DNA from: an uncultured Gammaproteobacteria bacterium
Lineage (GTDB): Bacteria; Pseudomonadota; Gammaproteobacteria; JABCZS01
NCBI GenBank assembly: GCA_963848305.1
Contig: CAWKDC010000001.1
Location: forward strand, 640,001-704,000
DNA length: 64,000 nucleotides
Reading direction: 5' to 3'
Notes under the pieces: generated by a model
Database searches by the model: none
What the model was told of the DNA's origin: nothing
Seen by the model: the letters and a program-made list of their open reading frames with translations, nothing else
Shown here: positions 51,326 to 62,445 of the stretch, in pieces
Position numbering within the stretch: the stretch's first letter is position 1
How the letters are laid out: each line of letters opens with the position of its first letter
Translations under genes and position numbers: made by a program

Positions 51326-53956
51326 CTACAATTGCTTTCGGAGGACATACAGCAATATCCCGCCATGTTCATAGTAACTGCGTTCCAACGGGGTATTTAA
51401 ACGTACATCTGCTTTAAATGTCTTTTGTGAACCATCGGGCCCATTGGCAACCACCGTGACTTCTGTCGCTTCACCGTTATTCAAGCCTTGGATATCAAAC
51501 GTTTCATTCCCCTTCAATTCCAACTCACGTGCACCTTCACCAGACTTAAATTGCAAAGGTAAAATTCCCATGCCAATCAGATTGGAACGGTGAATGCGTT
51601 CATAACTTTGTGCAATCACAGCACGTACACCCAATAATTTCGGCCCTTTCGCTGCCCAATCGCGTGAAGAACCAGAACCATATTCTTGACCAGCAATCAC
51701 GATCAAAGGCACGCCTGCTTTCTCATAACGCACGGCCGCATCAAAAATCGACATTTCAGTACCTTCAGGAAAATGGCGCGTGAAACCGCCCTCTTTCTCT
51801 ACCAATTGATTGCGCAAACGCACATTCGCAAACGTGCCGCGAACCATGACTTCGTGATTACCACGGCGAGAACCGTATGAATTAAAATCTTCAACTTTAA
51901 CGCCATGTTCCAGCAAATACGCTGCCGCAGGACTCGTTTTGGAAATAGAACCAGCTGGTGAAATATGATCAGTGGTGACGCTATCGCCGAGCAATGCCAA
52001 ACAATGCGCACCCTGGATTTCACGGATTTTAGGAACAGCTTTTGTCATGCCATCGAAATAAGGGGGTAGTTTCACATATGTGGATTTCGGCCATGCATAT
52101 AATTCACCTTTTGGCACAGGCAAACTTTTCCATTCATCATCACCATCGAACACACTGGCATACTCTTTCGAAAACATCTCAGATGTCACAAAATCACGGA
52201 TGTGTCGTGCTATATCCGCTTGTGAAGGCCAAATATCCTTCAAGAAAACATCTTGACCATGTTGGTCTTGACCAATGGGTTCATGATAAAAATCAATGTC
52301 CATGCGGCCAGCCAACGCATAAGCGACCACGAGCGGCGGTGACGCCAAATAGTTTAATCGCACTTCAGGGTGAATACGACCTTCGAAATTACGATTGCCC
52401 GACAACACAGCGGCGACATGCAAATCTTTTTGTCTGATCGTCTCACTGATCGATTCAGATAAGGCCCGAGTTACCAATACACGTTGTGCAACCGTACCCA
52501 ACCAAGTAAAAACCCAATGCTTCGAGTGATGACAATAAATGAGATTTTTTCAAATAATCGGTGACGACACGCGAGCCCGGTGCTAACGATGTTTTCACCC
52601 AGGCAGGAACCTTCAATCCTTTTTCAACGGCGCGCTTGGCAACCAAGCCAGATGCCAGCATCACCGCAGGATTGGATGTGTTGGTACAACTGGTGATTGC
52701 TGCAATCACGATCGAGCCATCCCGCAAGGCAGTACGTGACAAATGCGCTGTATCAAGTGTTGGTTTCGCTGTTTGTATCGTATTCAAGAAACTGGTTTTG
52801 GCGTCTTTCAATCCAATGCGATCTTGTGGACGTTTCGGCCGGCGATCGACGGTTCAACATCGTTCAAATGCAAATGCAATGTGTCCGTATATTGAGGTTC
52901 AGGCATACCTGTTTCACGGAATAACCCTTGTTTTTTGTAGTATGCTTCAACCAATGCAATGTGTGATTCAGAGCGACCAGACAAACGCAAGTAATTCAAT
53001 GTTTCTTTATCGACAGGAAAGAAACCGCAGGTTGCACCATACTCAGGTGCCATGTTCGCAATGGTTGCGCGATCAGCGAGTGGCAGATCATCTAGTCCAT
53101 CGCCATAAAATTCGACAAATTTATCCACCACGCCACGCTTGCGCAACATTTCAGTGACGCGCAATACCAAATCGGTGGCGGTTGCGCCTTCTGATAATTT
53201 GCCTGTTAATTTAAAACCGATCACGTCAGGAATCAACATCGCCATCGACTGTCCCAACATGGCTGCTTCTGCCTCGATACCACCCACACCCCAGCCTAAC
53301 ACCCCAAGGCCATTGATCATGGTAGTGTGCGAATCAGTGCCTACTAGCGTATCGGGATAAACCCATGTTTCATTTCCGACTTCTTGTGTGAACGCCACGC
53401 GCGCCAAATATTCGAGATTAACTTGATGACAAATACCGGTATCAGGCGGCACAACGGAAAAATTGGAAAATGATTGTTGACCCCAACGTAAAAATTGATA
53501 ACGCTCTTTATTACGCTGCATTTCATAATGATTATTCACATTGATGGCATTCAGTTCGCCATAGGCATCCACTTGCACGGAATGGTCGATCACCAATTCG
53601 GCAGGTTGCATGGGATTGATTTTTTCAGGATCACCCCCGAGAGCCTTCATCGCATCGCGCATGGCGGCCAAATCCACCACTGCAGGCACACCTGTAAAAT
53701 CTTGCATGAGCACGCGTGCAGGCATGAACGTGACTTCGCGTGTTTTATTGTTCGATGCATGATCGTTAACTGCGAGCAATGCTTGAATATCTTCTTCATG
53801 CACGTCTTCCGAAACACCCAATCGACGTGATGCATTTTCCAATAGAATACGCAATGAAATAGGCAATCGTTGTAATTGTTCGGCAGAGGCCATTTTATTC
53901 AAATTGAAAAATGTATATGTTTTCCCGTTAACCTGTAATGTGTCCCGTGTGTTCAT
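51326..53956 (-). CDS. acnA: Aconitate hydratase A, frameshifted at ~52838 and ~52464
   Basis: [55 protein letters not shown] across three ORFs. Confidence 0.96.
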
Positions 53957-53967
53957 GCATATCTCCT

Positions 53968-55671
53968 TTAGGCTTTGATGAGGGGCAAATATCGGGGTTG
54001 CCATAAAATGCTATCAACGCGTTCTGCCGCGCTGAGCTTGTCTGTCACGCGTGCCAAACCTTCATCCATGGCGACCTGTGCGACGGCCAATGCAATTTGA
54101 TACGCTGCCTCTTTTGCTTCTGTGATTGGTGCAAGCAAAGCCGCATCTGGATCATGCAACACAGGCGACAATTCTGCCAACGCTTCGCATGCCGCCCACA
54201 ACATCGCATCCGTGAGGATACGCGCACGTGTGGCCAAAATCGCCAAGCCCAAACCAGGGAAGGCCAGGGCATTATTTGCTTGAGCAATGATGCGGGTTTT
54301 GCCATTGATCTCAACTGGCTGGAACGGGCTGCCGGTGGCCACCATCACGCGACCGTCTGTCCAATGCAATAAATCGCGTGGATTGGCTTCTGCACGTTCG
54401 GTCGGATTGGATAAAGGCATGATGATAGGACGCTTCACATGCTGCGCCATTGTTTTCACAATCTTCTCGCTGAAAGCGCCAGCTGCAGCTGATGTACCAA
54501 TTAATACGGTTGGTTTGACATGGCTCACGACTTCCTCTAAAGACACATGCTCAGGGCTGCATCCCCATGCCTTCACTTCTGCGGCTGTGCGCATATAGGG
54601 ACGTTGGAAGGATTTCACTTCTTTCCCTTCCACGATCAAACCCTGGCTATTCAATAGCCAGAACTTAGAACGCGCTTCGCGCTCTGGCATGCCTGAACGG
54701 ATCAAGGCGGCCGCGATTTGATCCGCAATGCCCACACCTGCCGCTCCTGCGCCGTAAATCACAATGCGTTGATCTGCAATGGTTTGTTTTGTTGCTTTGA
54801 GTGCTGCTAAAATTGCTGCCAAACACACCACGCCAGTGCCTTGAATGTCGTCGTTAAAACTAGAGTGTTCTTCTTTGTAACGCTCCAACACAGAATGTGC
54901 GGCATCACGGCCAAAATCCTCCCAATGCAAGAAACTGTGCGGGAATTGTTTGGCCACACTTTTCACAAAACGATCGATAAAGTCATCGTACTCTTGACCA
55001 CGCAAGCGTTCATGGCGCCAGCCTAAATAAAGTGGATCATTCAACAGCGTTTGATTGTCCGTTCCCACATCCAGCATCACGGGCAATGTTTTACCGGGAT
55101 TAATGCCTGCACACAGCGTATACACCATGAGTTTTGCGACAGGGATATCCATCCCGCCGATGCCCTGATCGCCGATGCCCAACACCCCACTGCCATCTGT
55201 GGCGACAATGAGGTCGATATCCGGGTGGGTGCGGTTGGAAATCATCATGTCCATGTCATTGCGGTCGGGATAAGCAATATACAACCCTCGTGGAGCGCGG
55301 AATTCACGCGAATATTGCTTCACAGCGTTCCCAATAATCGGGGTGTAAATGATTGGCATCATTTCTTCGAGATGATCACTGACCAGTTTGTAAAAGAGAA
55401 CTTCATTTCGCTCATGTAAGTTATAAAGATAGATATGCTGACTGAGATCGACCGTGTATCGTTTGTATTGTTCATAAGCACGGGCGACTTGCTCATCAAG
55501 GGTTTCGACCCGCGCCGGCAGCTTCCCCAGCAGTCCAAAGGCACGCCGCTCCTCAGCGGTAAACGCGGTACCTTTGTTCAGCAGAGGGGTATTCATCAAT
55601 AATTTACCGGTCAGGCTGGTGACGATGGTATCGTTTTGAAAATTGAAATCCAACATCTGTTCGTTTCCCAT
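53968..55671 (-). CDS. maeA: NAD-dependent malic enzyme
   Basis: [38 protein letters not shown]. Confidence 0.93.
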   Translation of the reverse strand: MGNEQMLDFNFQNDTIVTSLTGKLLMNTPLLNKGTAFTAEERRAFGLLGKLPARVETLDEQVARAYEQYKRYTVDLSQHIYLYNLHERNEVLFYKLVSDHLEEMMPIIYTPIIGNAVKQYSREFRAPRGLYIAYPDRNDMDMMISNRTHPDIDLIVATDGSGVLGIGDQGIGGMDIPVAKLMVYTLCAGINPGKTLPVMLDVGTDNQTLLNDPLYLGWRHERLRGQEYDDFIDRFVKSVAKQFPHSFLHWEDFGRDAAHSVLERYKEEHSSFNDDIQGTGVVCLAAILAALKATKQTIADQRIVIYGAGAAGVGIADQIAAALIRSGMPEREARSKFWLLNSQGLIVEGKEVKSFQRPYMRTAAEVKAWGCSPEHVSLEEVVSHVKPTVLIGTSAAAGAFSEKIVKTMAQHVKRPIIMPLSNPTERAEANPRDLLHWTDGRVMVATGSPFQPVEINGKTRIIAQANNALAFPGLGLAILATRARILTDAMLWAACEALAELSPVLHDPDAALLAPITEAKEAAYQIALAVAQVAMDEGLARVTDKLSAAERVDSILWQPRYLPLIKA

Positions 55672-55735
55672 GACTAAAGTACCGTGTATTGTATGGTAAG
55701 TAACGAATAATGGCAATGTGGACTATAATTCAGAC

Positions 55736-56595
55736 ATGAACAAATTCGTCCATCCCACAAAACACACCGTGACCTTGCCGGATCCCTTGGGCACCCACCA
55801 AATGGTTTACCATGAATGGGGCAACCCAAACAATCCTCGTGTGCTGGTCTGTATGCATGGATTAACGCGCAATGGCCGGGATTTCGACTTCCTAGCCGCT
55901 GCCCTGTGCGATCATTACCGAGTTCTTGCGCCTGACTTGATTGGCCGGGGCAAAAGTGATTGGCTGAAGGATCCTCATCTTTATACGATTGAACAATACA
56001 TAAACGATATCAGTGGTTGGATGAAACAGCTCAATTTACAAAAAGTAGATTGGATGGGGGCTTCCATGGGCGGCCTTTTGGGGATGCTATTGGCCGCAAA
56101 ACCCCACTCGACTATTCAGCGGTTAGTCCTCGATGATGTCGGCCAGTCATCCGCCAAGAGGCCATGGCAAAATTAAGCTCGGACGTACAAGCTAACCCTA
56201 CCTTTAAAAGCCTAGGCGAACTCAAAGATTTCTTGAAGCAAATCTATAGCCACACCGGAGACATGGAACCTTACCATTGGGATCACCTGCTCGCGCATGA
56301 TCATATTGCCGTGGGCGACGGTACTTATGCGCGCGCCTACGATCCACAATTATTCATGTCCTTCGCCTCGTTTAAAAATAAAGATATCACTTTCTGGCCC
56401 GTGTTCAACGCATTACGTATCCCAATTTTTGTATTACATGGGGAAAATTCCAACGTGCTTACACCAGATATTTGTGCCGAAATGAAAAAACATCAGCCGA
56501 ACATGACCGTGGTTGATTTGCCCAATATTGGCCATGCACCATCCCTCATGGATGAACGGTTCATTCAATTGGTGGTCGATTGGCTGGTTAAGTGA
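55736..56595 (+). CDS. Alpha/beta hydrolase, frameshifted at ~56144
   Basis: HGLTRNGRDF, GASMGG nucleophile elbow, GHAP; one added C gives DDVGPVIRQEAMAK. Confidence 0.9.
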
Positions 56596-56665
56596 TGTCA
56601 TCGTGCAGCCCCCTCTGAAGGGGGCAGCTGAGAATACACGACCTAGATACCGTTGAGACATATCA

Positions 56666-57142
56666 CTAAGGATTACATCCGACAGTACTGTCTTGACAAG
56701 CAGTTCCGTTTTGGTTTAACACACACTTGGTATTCACATATGATGGATAACTGCTGTTATTTCCATAGTAGTTAGTACAATTTCCAACAGACACAGCGCT
56801 GCAACCATTTTCAGCTTTGTTAGAAGGACACATAACAGGGTTGCATTGCGCGCCCTTATCACGTTTACAGAAGCAGCCAAACGTGTCGGAACCATCAAGG
56901 GCAAGTCGCGCACCGCCGCTTTGACACCGATATGATTTACCATTGTAGGAGTTATACTCATAAACGTTGTAGCAGTTTGCAACAGCGCCGCTGCAAGACG
57001 CGGCATCCGAGCCGGCTTGCACGTTGATACACTGATTAGATGTTGCTATGCTGCCAGAGCAATTTGGGTGACCGGCGTAAATAGGGTTGATGGCGACTAC
57101 TAACAGCAGAGTAGCCAGTATTTTGGTCAGTGATTTTGGCAT
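56666..57142 (-). CDS. Secreted Cys-rich protein, paralog 1 (14 Cys)
   Basis: Signal peptide MPKSLTKILATLLLVVAINPIYA, then two modules each ending in CNP. Confidence 0.8.
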   Translation of the reverse strand: MPKSLTKILATLLLVVAINPIYAGHPNCSGSIATSNQCINVQAGSDAASCSGAVANCYNVYEYNSYNGKSYRCQSGGARLALDGSDTFGCFCKRDKGAQCNPVMCPSNKAENGCSAVSVGNCTNYYGNNSSYPSYVNTKCVLNQNGTACQDSTVGCNP

Positions 57143-57263
57143 GTCATGGTTCCTGTTGCAAAAGAAGGTTGTTTATTAAAAGATAGCTCAAATAAGAAGG
57201 ATGACAACCCCCGACGTGCAAACCGGCGCGCCTACGGCGCAGGGGCGGGAATACCCGCCCCTA
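57084..57263. repeat. Direct repeat copy 1 (signal-peptide region, upstream DNA and REP-like hairpin)
   Basis: About 180 bp nearly identical to 57715-57894 (two mismatches seen); period 631 bp. Confidence 0.9.
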
Positions 57264-57296
57264 CAGGGGGCGAAGACCAAAGCCTTCGTAAGCATA

Positions 57297-57773
57297 TTAA
57301 GGAGGATTACACCCGGTAGTACTGTTTTGACAAGCAGTTCCGTTTACCTCACACTTGAGATTCACATATGGTGGATAACCGCTGATATTTTCTGCATAGT
57401 AGCCAGTGCAATCTGCAGCAGACACAGCGCTGCAACCTTGATTAGCTTTCTTAGAAGGACACATAACAGGGTTGCATCGCCCGCCGCCGGAATTACGTAG
57501 ACATGTTAACGATATCTTGTTATTAGTTAAAGCCTTTTCAGCCGCAGTATTACGTCCACACGCATATGACTTACCACCGACAGAATTGTACTCATAGTAC
57601 GTTGTACAATCAGTGCCGTAACCTGCTACGCCGCTGGTAAGAGAATACCAAATCTCTCCACAATCATTAGCAGTTGCTATGCTGCCAGAGCAATTTGGGT
57701 AACCAGCATAAGTAGGGTTGATGGCGACTACTAACAGCAGAGTAGCCAGTATTTTGGTCAGTGATTTTGGCAT
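57297..57773 (-). CDS. Secreted Cys-rich protein, paralog 2 (12 Cys)
   Basis: Near-identical signal peptide, same Cys scaffold, divergent loops. Confidence 0.8.
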   Translation of the reverse strand: MPKSLTKILATLLLVVAINPTYAGYPNCSGSIATANDCGEIWYSLTSGVAGYGTDCTTYYEYNSVGGKSYACGRNTAAEKALTNNKISLTCLRNSGGGRCNPVMCPSKKANQGCSAVSAADCTGYYAENISGYPPYVNLKCEVNGTACQNSTTGCNPP

Positions 57774-57894
57774 GTCATGGTTCCTGTTGCAAAAGGAGGT
57801 TGTTTATTAAAAGATAGCTCAAATAAGAAGGATCACAACCCCCGACGTGCAAACCGGCGCGCCTACGGCGCAGGGGCGGGAATACCCGCCCCTA
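57715..57894. repeat. Direct repeat copy 2 with REP-like AGGGGCGGG-AATA-CCCGCCCCT hairpin
   Basis: Matches copy 1; lies immediately downstream of the lon end. Confidence 0.9.
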
Positions 57895-57896
57895 TC

Positions 57897-60428
57897 CTAA
57901 TGTTTCCTGATGGTGTCTTCGTCCGATTTATCCTGATGCGCCGTCACGGCGGGTGAGACCGTTGTGTCTGAGATCGCGTGGCACAGGAGGATGCAGCAGG
58001 GCAATATCCAGCACTTGATCAATCCAACGCACAGGCACAATCTTGAGATCTTCCAAAACGTTTTTGGGGATTTCTTTCAAATCACGCTCATTTTCAATCG
58101 GGATGATCACCGTCTTGATGCCTGAGCGGCGCGCGGCCAGCAGTTTTTCTTTCAAGCCGCCAATCGGCAATACTTCGCCACGTAAGGTAATTTCACCAGT
58201 CATGGCAACATCAGCATGGACAGGAATACCCGTTAAGGCAGATACCATTGCCGTGCACATGCCAATACCTGCACTTGGACCATCTTTCGGGGTGGCACCC
58301 TCAGGCACGTGAACGTGCATGTCAAATTTTTCATAAAAATCGACTGGTACGCCCAACGCTTGCGAACGGCTGCGGATCACCGTGAAGGCAGCTTGAATGG
58401 ATTCTTGCATCACCTCGCCCAATTGCCCCGTGCGGGTGACTTTGCCCTTACCCGGTGAAGAAGCGGCTTCAATCGTGAGCATTTCACCGCCAACAGACGT
58501 CCAGGCCAACCCGTTGACTTGCCCAATGCGATCATCTTCATGCATGACGTCGAAACGGAATTTCGCTACACCTAAAAACTTTTCAAGATTATTTGGCGTA
58601 ACCGTCGTCTTCGCTTCTTTCGGTTTGATCACATTTTGCTTAACGACTTTGCGGCAAATTTTTGAAATTTCACGTTCGAGACTGCGAACACCTGCTTCAC
58701 GTGTATAATCACGGATGATTTGCTTAACGGCTGCATCAGTGACTTTGATTTCATCATCTGTCAGACCGTTGTTTTTAATTTGCTTGGGCAGCAAATAATT
58801 CAACGCAATGTTCATTTTTTCATCTTCCGTATAACCCGCCAGACGGATCACTTCCATACGATCCAATAAAGCATCAGGGATACTCAATGAATTTGAAGTG
58901 GCAATGAACATGACATCCGACAAATCGAAATCCACTTCTAAGTAGTGATCGCTGAAGGTATCATTTTGTTCCGGATCCAATACTTCCAATAAAGCAGCAG
59001 CAGGATCACCGCGGAAATCACTCGCCATTTTGTCGATTTCATCGAGCAAAAAGAGGGGATTACGCACGCCGACTTTGGCTAATTTTTGCAAAATTTTACC
59101 AGGCATGGAACCAATGTATGTCCGACGGTGACCCCGAATTTCAGCTTCATCACGCACACCACCGAGTGAAATGCGGACAAATTCACGGCCAGTAGCACGC
59201 GCAATCGATTGCCCTAGTGATGTCTTGCCCACGCCAGGAGGAGCCGTACCAAACACAAAATGGGGCTGTACTGTTTCAATTTAGTGGCATGGTGCTCTGC
59301 TTGCAATTTTTTCGAGACTTTGCCTTTTTTCTTGCTCGCCTTGGCGGACAAACTGTGTAAACGCCCTTCGACGGCCAGATGTTCAATGATCCGTTCTTTC
59401 ACTTTTTCAAGACCATAATGATCTTCATCCAAAATCTTTTCAGCAAGCGCCAAATTGTAGGTGAGCTGAGACGCCTTTTTCCATGGCACTTGCAACATCC
59501 AATCCAGGTAGTTGCGGGTGACCGTGGCTTCAGCAGACATGGGCGACATGAGTTTCAATTTACTGAGTTCTGCGAGGGCTTTGGCCTTGGCTTCCTCAGG
59601 CATACCCGCTTCTTCTATTTTACGCGCCAAAGCTTCAGCTTCATTGGGCACATCATCAAGTTCAGACAATTCTTTTTGAATCGCTTGCATTTGTTCTTTC
59701 AAGAAATATTCGCGTTGCGTTTTTTCCATCTGGCCTTTGACTTGCACACGAATACGTTTTTCAACTTCCAACAAATCCAAGGATTTTTCTAAAAAAACCA
59801 ATAATTTTTCAAGACGCTCATCAACGGCCAGTGTTTCCAAAATAGATTGCTTTTCATCGATCTTGAGAGGCATATGAGCTGAAATAGTGTCCGCTAAACG
59901 GCCCGGATCTTCAATGCTCGCAAGAGAGCTTAAGATTTCAGGAGGGATTTTTTTATTGAGTTTCACATAATTTTCGAATTCATTGAGCACAGAACGCGTG
60001 AGCACTTCTGTTTCAATGCTGTTTCCCATTTGACTCGGCAAAATTTCATATTGCGCTTCTAAATAAGTGCCATTATGAAATTGTTCTAAAACGCGCGCAC
60101 GTTCAGTGCCTTCAACCAATACTTTGAGTGTCCCATCAGGCAGTTTCAATAATTGAAGGATATTCGCGCAAGCGCCAATATCGTAGAGATCCTTCCAACG
60201 GGGCGAATCAATGGAAGGATCGCGCTGTGCGACCAGTAAAATCTGCTTATCGGCGTTCATGGCAGCGGCTAGCGCAGCCACGGATTCTTCGCGACCCACA
60301 AACAGTGGGATCACCATGTTGGGGGATACCACCACATCGCGTAGGGGGAGAACCGGCAAACGGTCAGCGTGTTGCTCTGGCGCTTGGTGAGTATCGAGTA
60401 TCGATCTATCGTCTTGTCCAAAAACCAT
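57897..60428 (-). CDS. lon: Lon protease, frameshifted at ~59245 and probably near 57970
   Basis: [43 protein letters not shown]; an alternative frame ends ...DEDTIRKH* at 57897. Confidence 0.94.
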
Positions 60429-60507
60429 GAATATCCTCCCAGTGTGATAGGGTTAACCAATAAAACCCATAGGAAATACATGGGGCAAAACACTGCAGAA
60501 TTCAAGT

Positions 60508-61788
60508 CTATGCTTCGTTGGCTTTAGGAAGTTCCTCTGGGTTTTTATAGACCAGCAAGGGTTCAGATTCACCTAAAATGACACTTTCATCAATCACGAC
60601 CTTAGAAATATGCTGGGATGAAGGAATATCGTACATCGTATCCAACAGCACATTTTCTAGAATAGAGCGTAAACCGCGCGCACCGGTTTTGCGTTGCAAG
60701 GCTTGCTTTGCAACGGCAATCAGCGCACTTTCACGGAACTCAACTTCCACCCCTTCCATGCCAAACAAATGTTGATATTGCTTTATCAAGGCATTTTTAG
60801 GTTCGGTCAAAATTTGGATCAATTGTGTTTCGTCGAGCTCAGTCAACGTGGCCACCACAGGTAAGCGCCCAATAAATTCGGGAATAAGCCCATAGCGGAT
60901 CAGATCTTCGGGTTCCACTTGTGCCAACACTTCACTGACTGTTTTTCGGTCAGACTTGCCTTTCACTTCAGCAGAAAAACCGATGCCGCCCTTCTCAGAA
61001 CGCTCCAGAATCACTTTCTCAAGGCCTGCGAACGCACCCCCACAAATGAATAATATGTTGGAGGTATCCACTTGCAAAAATTCTTGTTGTGGATGCTTGC
61101 GACCACCTTGTGGAGGAATCGCGGCCACCGTGCCTTCGATCAATTTCAATAAGGCTTGTTGAACGCCTTCCCCCGATACGTCACGGGTGATTGAAGGGTT
61201 CTCCGATTTACGGGAAATTTTATCAATTTCGTCGATGTAAACAATGCCGCGCTGTGCGCGTTCGATGTCGTAATCACATTTTTGCAGCAACTTTTGAATG
61301 ATGTTTTCAACATCTTCACCCACATACCCTGCTTCCGTGAGCGTCGTGGCGTCTGCCATGGCGAAAGGCACATTCAATAAGCGCGCCAATGTTTGCGCCA
61401 ATAAAGTTTTACCACTGCCTGTGGGGCCAATGAGCAGGATATTGCTTTTGCTCAGCTCAACTTGATCACCCGAGCCCTTTTTGCCAGACATACTCAAGCG
61501 CTTGTAATGATTGTAAACGGCCACAGCCAATACTTTCTTGGCCTTTTCTTGGCCAATGACATATTCATCCAAAGTGTCGTTGATTTCACGGGGTGTAGGC
61601 AGCTTTTGTTGGGTTTCACCATTTTTATCGGTGGTCTCTTCCACAATGATATCTGTGCACAATGCCACACATTCATCACAGATATAAACAGATGGACCCG
61701 CAATAAGTTTACGCACTTCATGTTGGCTTTTGCCGCAGAAGGAGCAGTAAAGTAATTTACCCTCTCCCTGTGTTCCTGATTTGCTCAT
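60508..61788 (-). CDS. clpX: ATP-dependent Clp protease ATPase subunit
   Basis: CSFCGK zinc finger, [15 protein letters not shown] loop. Confidence 0.98.
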   Translation of the reverse strand: MSKSGTQGEGKLLYCSFCGKSQHEVRKLIAGPSVYICDECVALCTDIIVEETTDKNGETQQKLPTPREINDTLDEYVIGQEKAKKVLAVAVYNHYKRLSMSGKKGSGDQVELSKSNILLIGPTGSGKTLLAQTLARLLNVPFAMADATTLTEAGYVGEDVENIIQKLLQKCDYDIERAQRGIVYIDEIDKISRKSENPSITRDVSGEGVQQALLKLIEGTVAAIPPQGGRKHPQQEFLQVDTSNILFICGGAFAGLEKVILERSEKGGIGFSAEVKGKSDRKTVSEVLAQVEPEDLIRYGLIPEFIGRLPVVATLTELDETQLIQILTEPKNALIKQYQHLFGMEGVEVEFRESALIAVAKQALQRKTGARGLRSILENVLLDTMYDIPSSQHISKVVIDESVILGESEPLLVYKNPEELPKANEA

Positions 61789-61800
61789 CCAGATTCCTCG

Positions 61801-62439
61801 TTAAGCAGCAGATTCTTTATTATCACTGGCGGGTGGAACACGGCGTTCCAGCACGGAATCGATCAAACCATATTTCAACGCCTCTTGGGCGGTCATGATA
61901 TTGTCGCGATCCGTGTCCAACTTGACCTTCTCGAGGGGTTGACCGGTATGTTTCGCCAATAACACGTTTAAACTTTCACGCATGCGCAAAATTTCGCGAG
62001 CATGGATTTCAATATCACTTGCCTGCCCTTGAACACCACCCAACGGTTGATGAATCAAGATGCGTGAGTTAGGCAATGCATAACGCTGCCCTGGTGCACC
62101 ACCAGCCAATAAGAAAGCACCCATGCTGCAGGCTTGACCCATGCAATACGTGGCGACTTTAGGACGGATGAATTGCATCGTATCGTAAATGGACATGCCT
62201 GCCGTGACAGACCCACCTGGGGAGTTAATGTACAGGCTGATGTCTTTGTCAGGATTCTCAGATTCCAAGAATAACAACTGTGCGACAATCAGATTGGCCA
62301 TGTGATCTTCCACTTGACCCACCAAAAAAACCACACGTTCTTTCAAGAGACGTGAAAAAATATCGTAAGAACGTTCGCCGCGGGCGGATTGCTCCACCAC
62401 CATGGGAACCAGCGTGTTGTAGAAGTCAGACATTTTCAT
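61801..62439 (-). CDS. clpP: Clp protease proteolytic subunit
   Basis: [23 protein letters not shown]. Confidence 0.98.
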   Translation of the reverse strand: MKMSDFYNTLVPMVVEQSARGERSYDIFSRLLKERVVFLVGQVEDHMANLIVAQLLFLESENPDKDISLYINSPGGSVTAGMSIYDTMQFIRPKVATYCMGQACSMGAFLLAGGAPGQRYALPNSRILIHQPLGGVQGQASDIEIHAREILRMRESLNVLLAKHTGQPLEKVKLDTDRDNIMTAQEALKYGLIDSVLERRVPPASDNKESAA

Positions 62440-62445
62440 TTATCC

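Noticed and set aside
56666-57894. Integron cassette array or DGR
   Set aside because: No intI or reverse transcriptase, no clear attC R'/R'' boxes, and differences include indels rather than adenine-specific changes.
14413-60428. Massive pseudogenisation or programmed frameshifting of housekeeping genes
   Set aside because: The affected genes (hemL, lon, rnr, acnA) are otherwise undecayed and the breaks share a sequence context, so sequencing error is more parsimonious.
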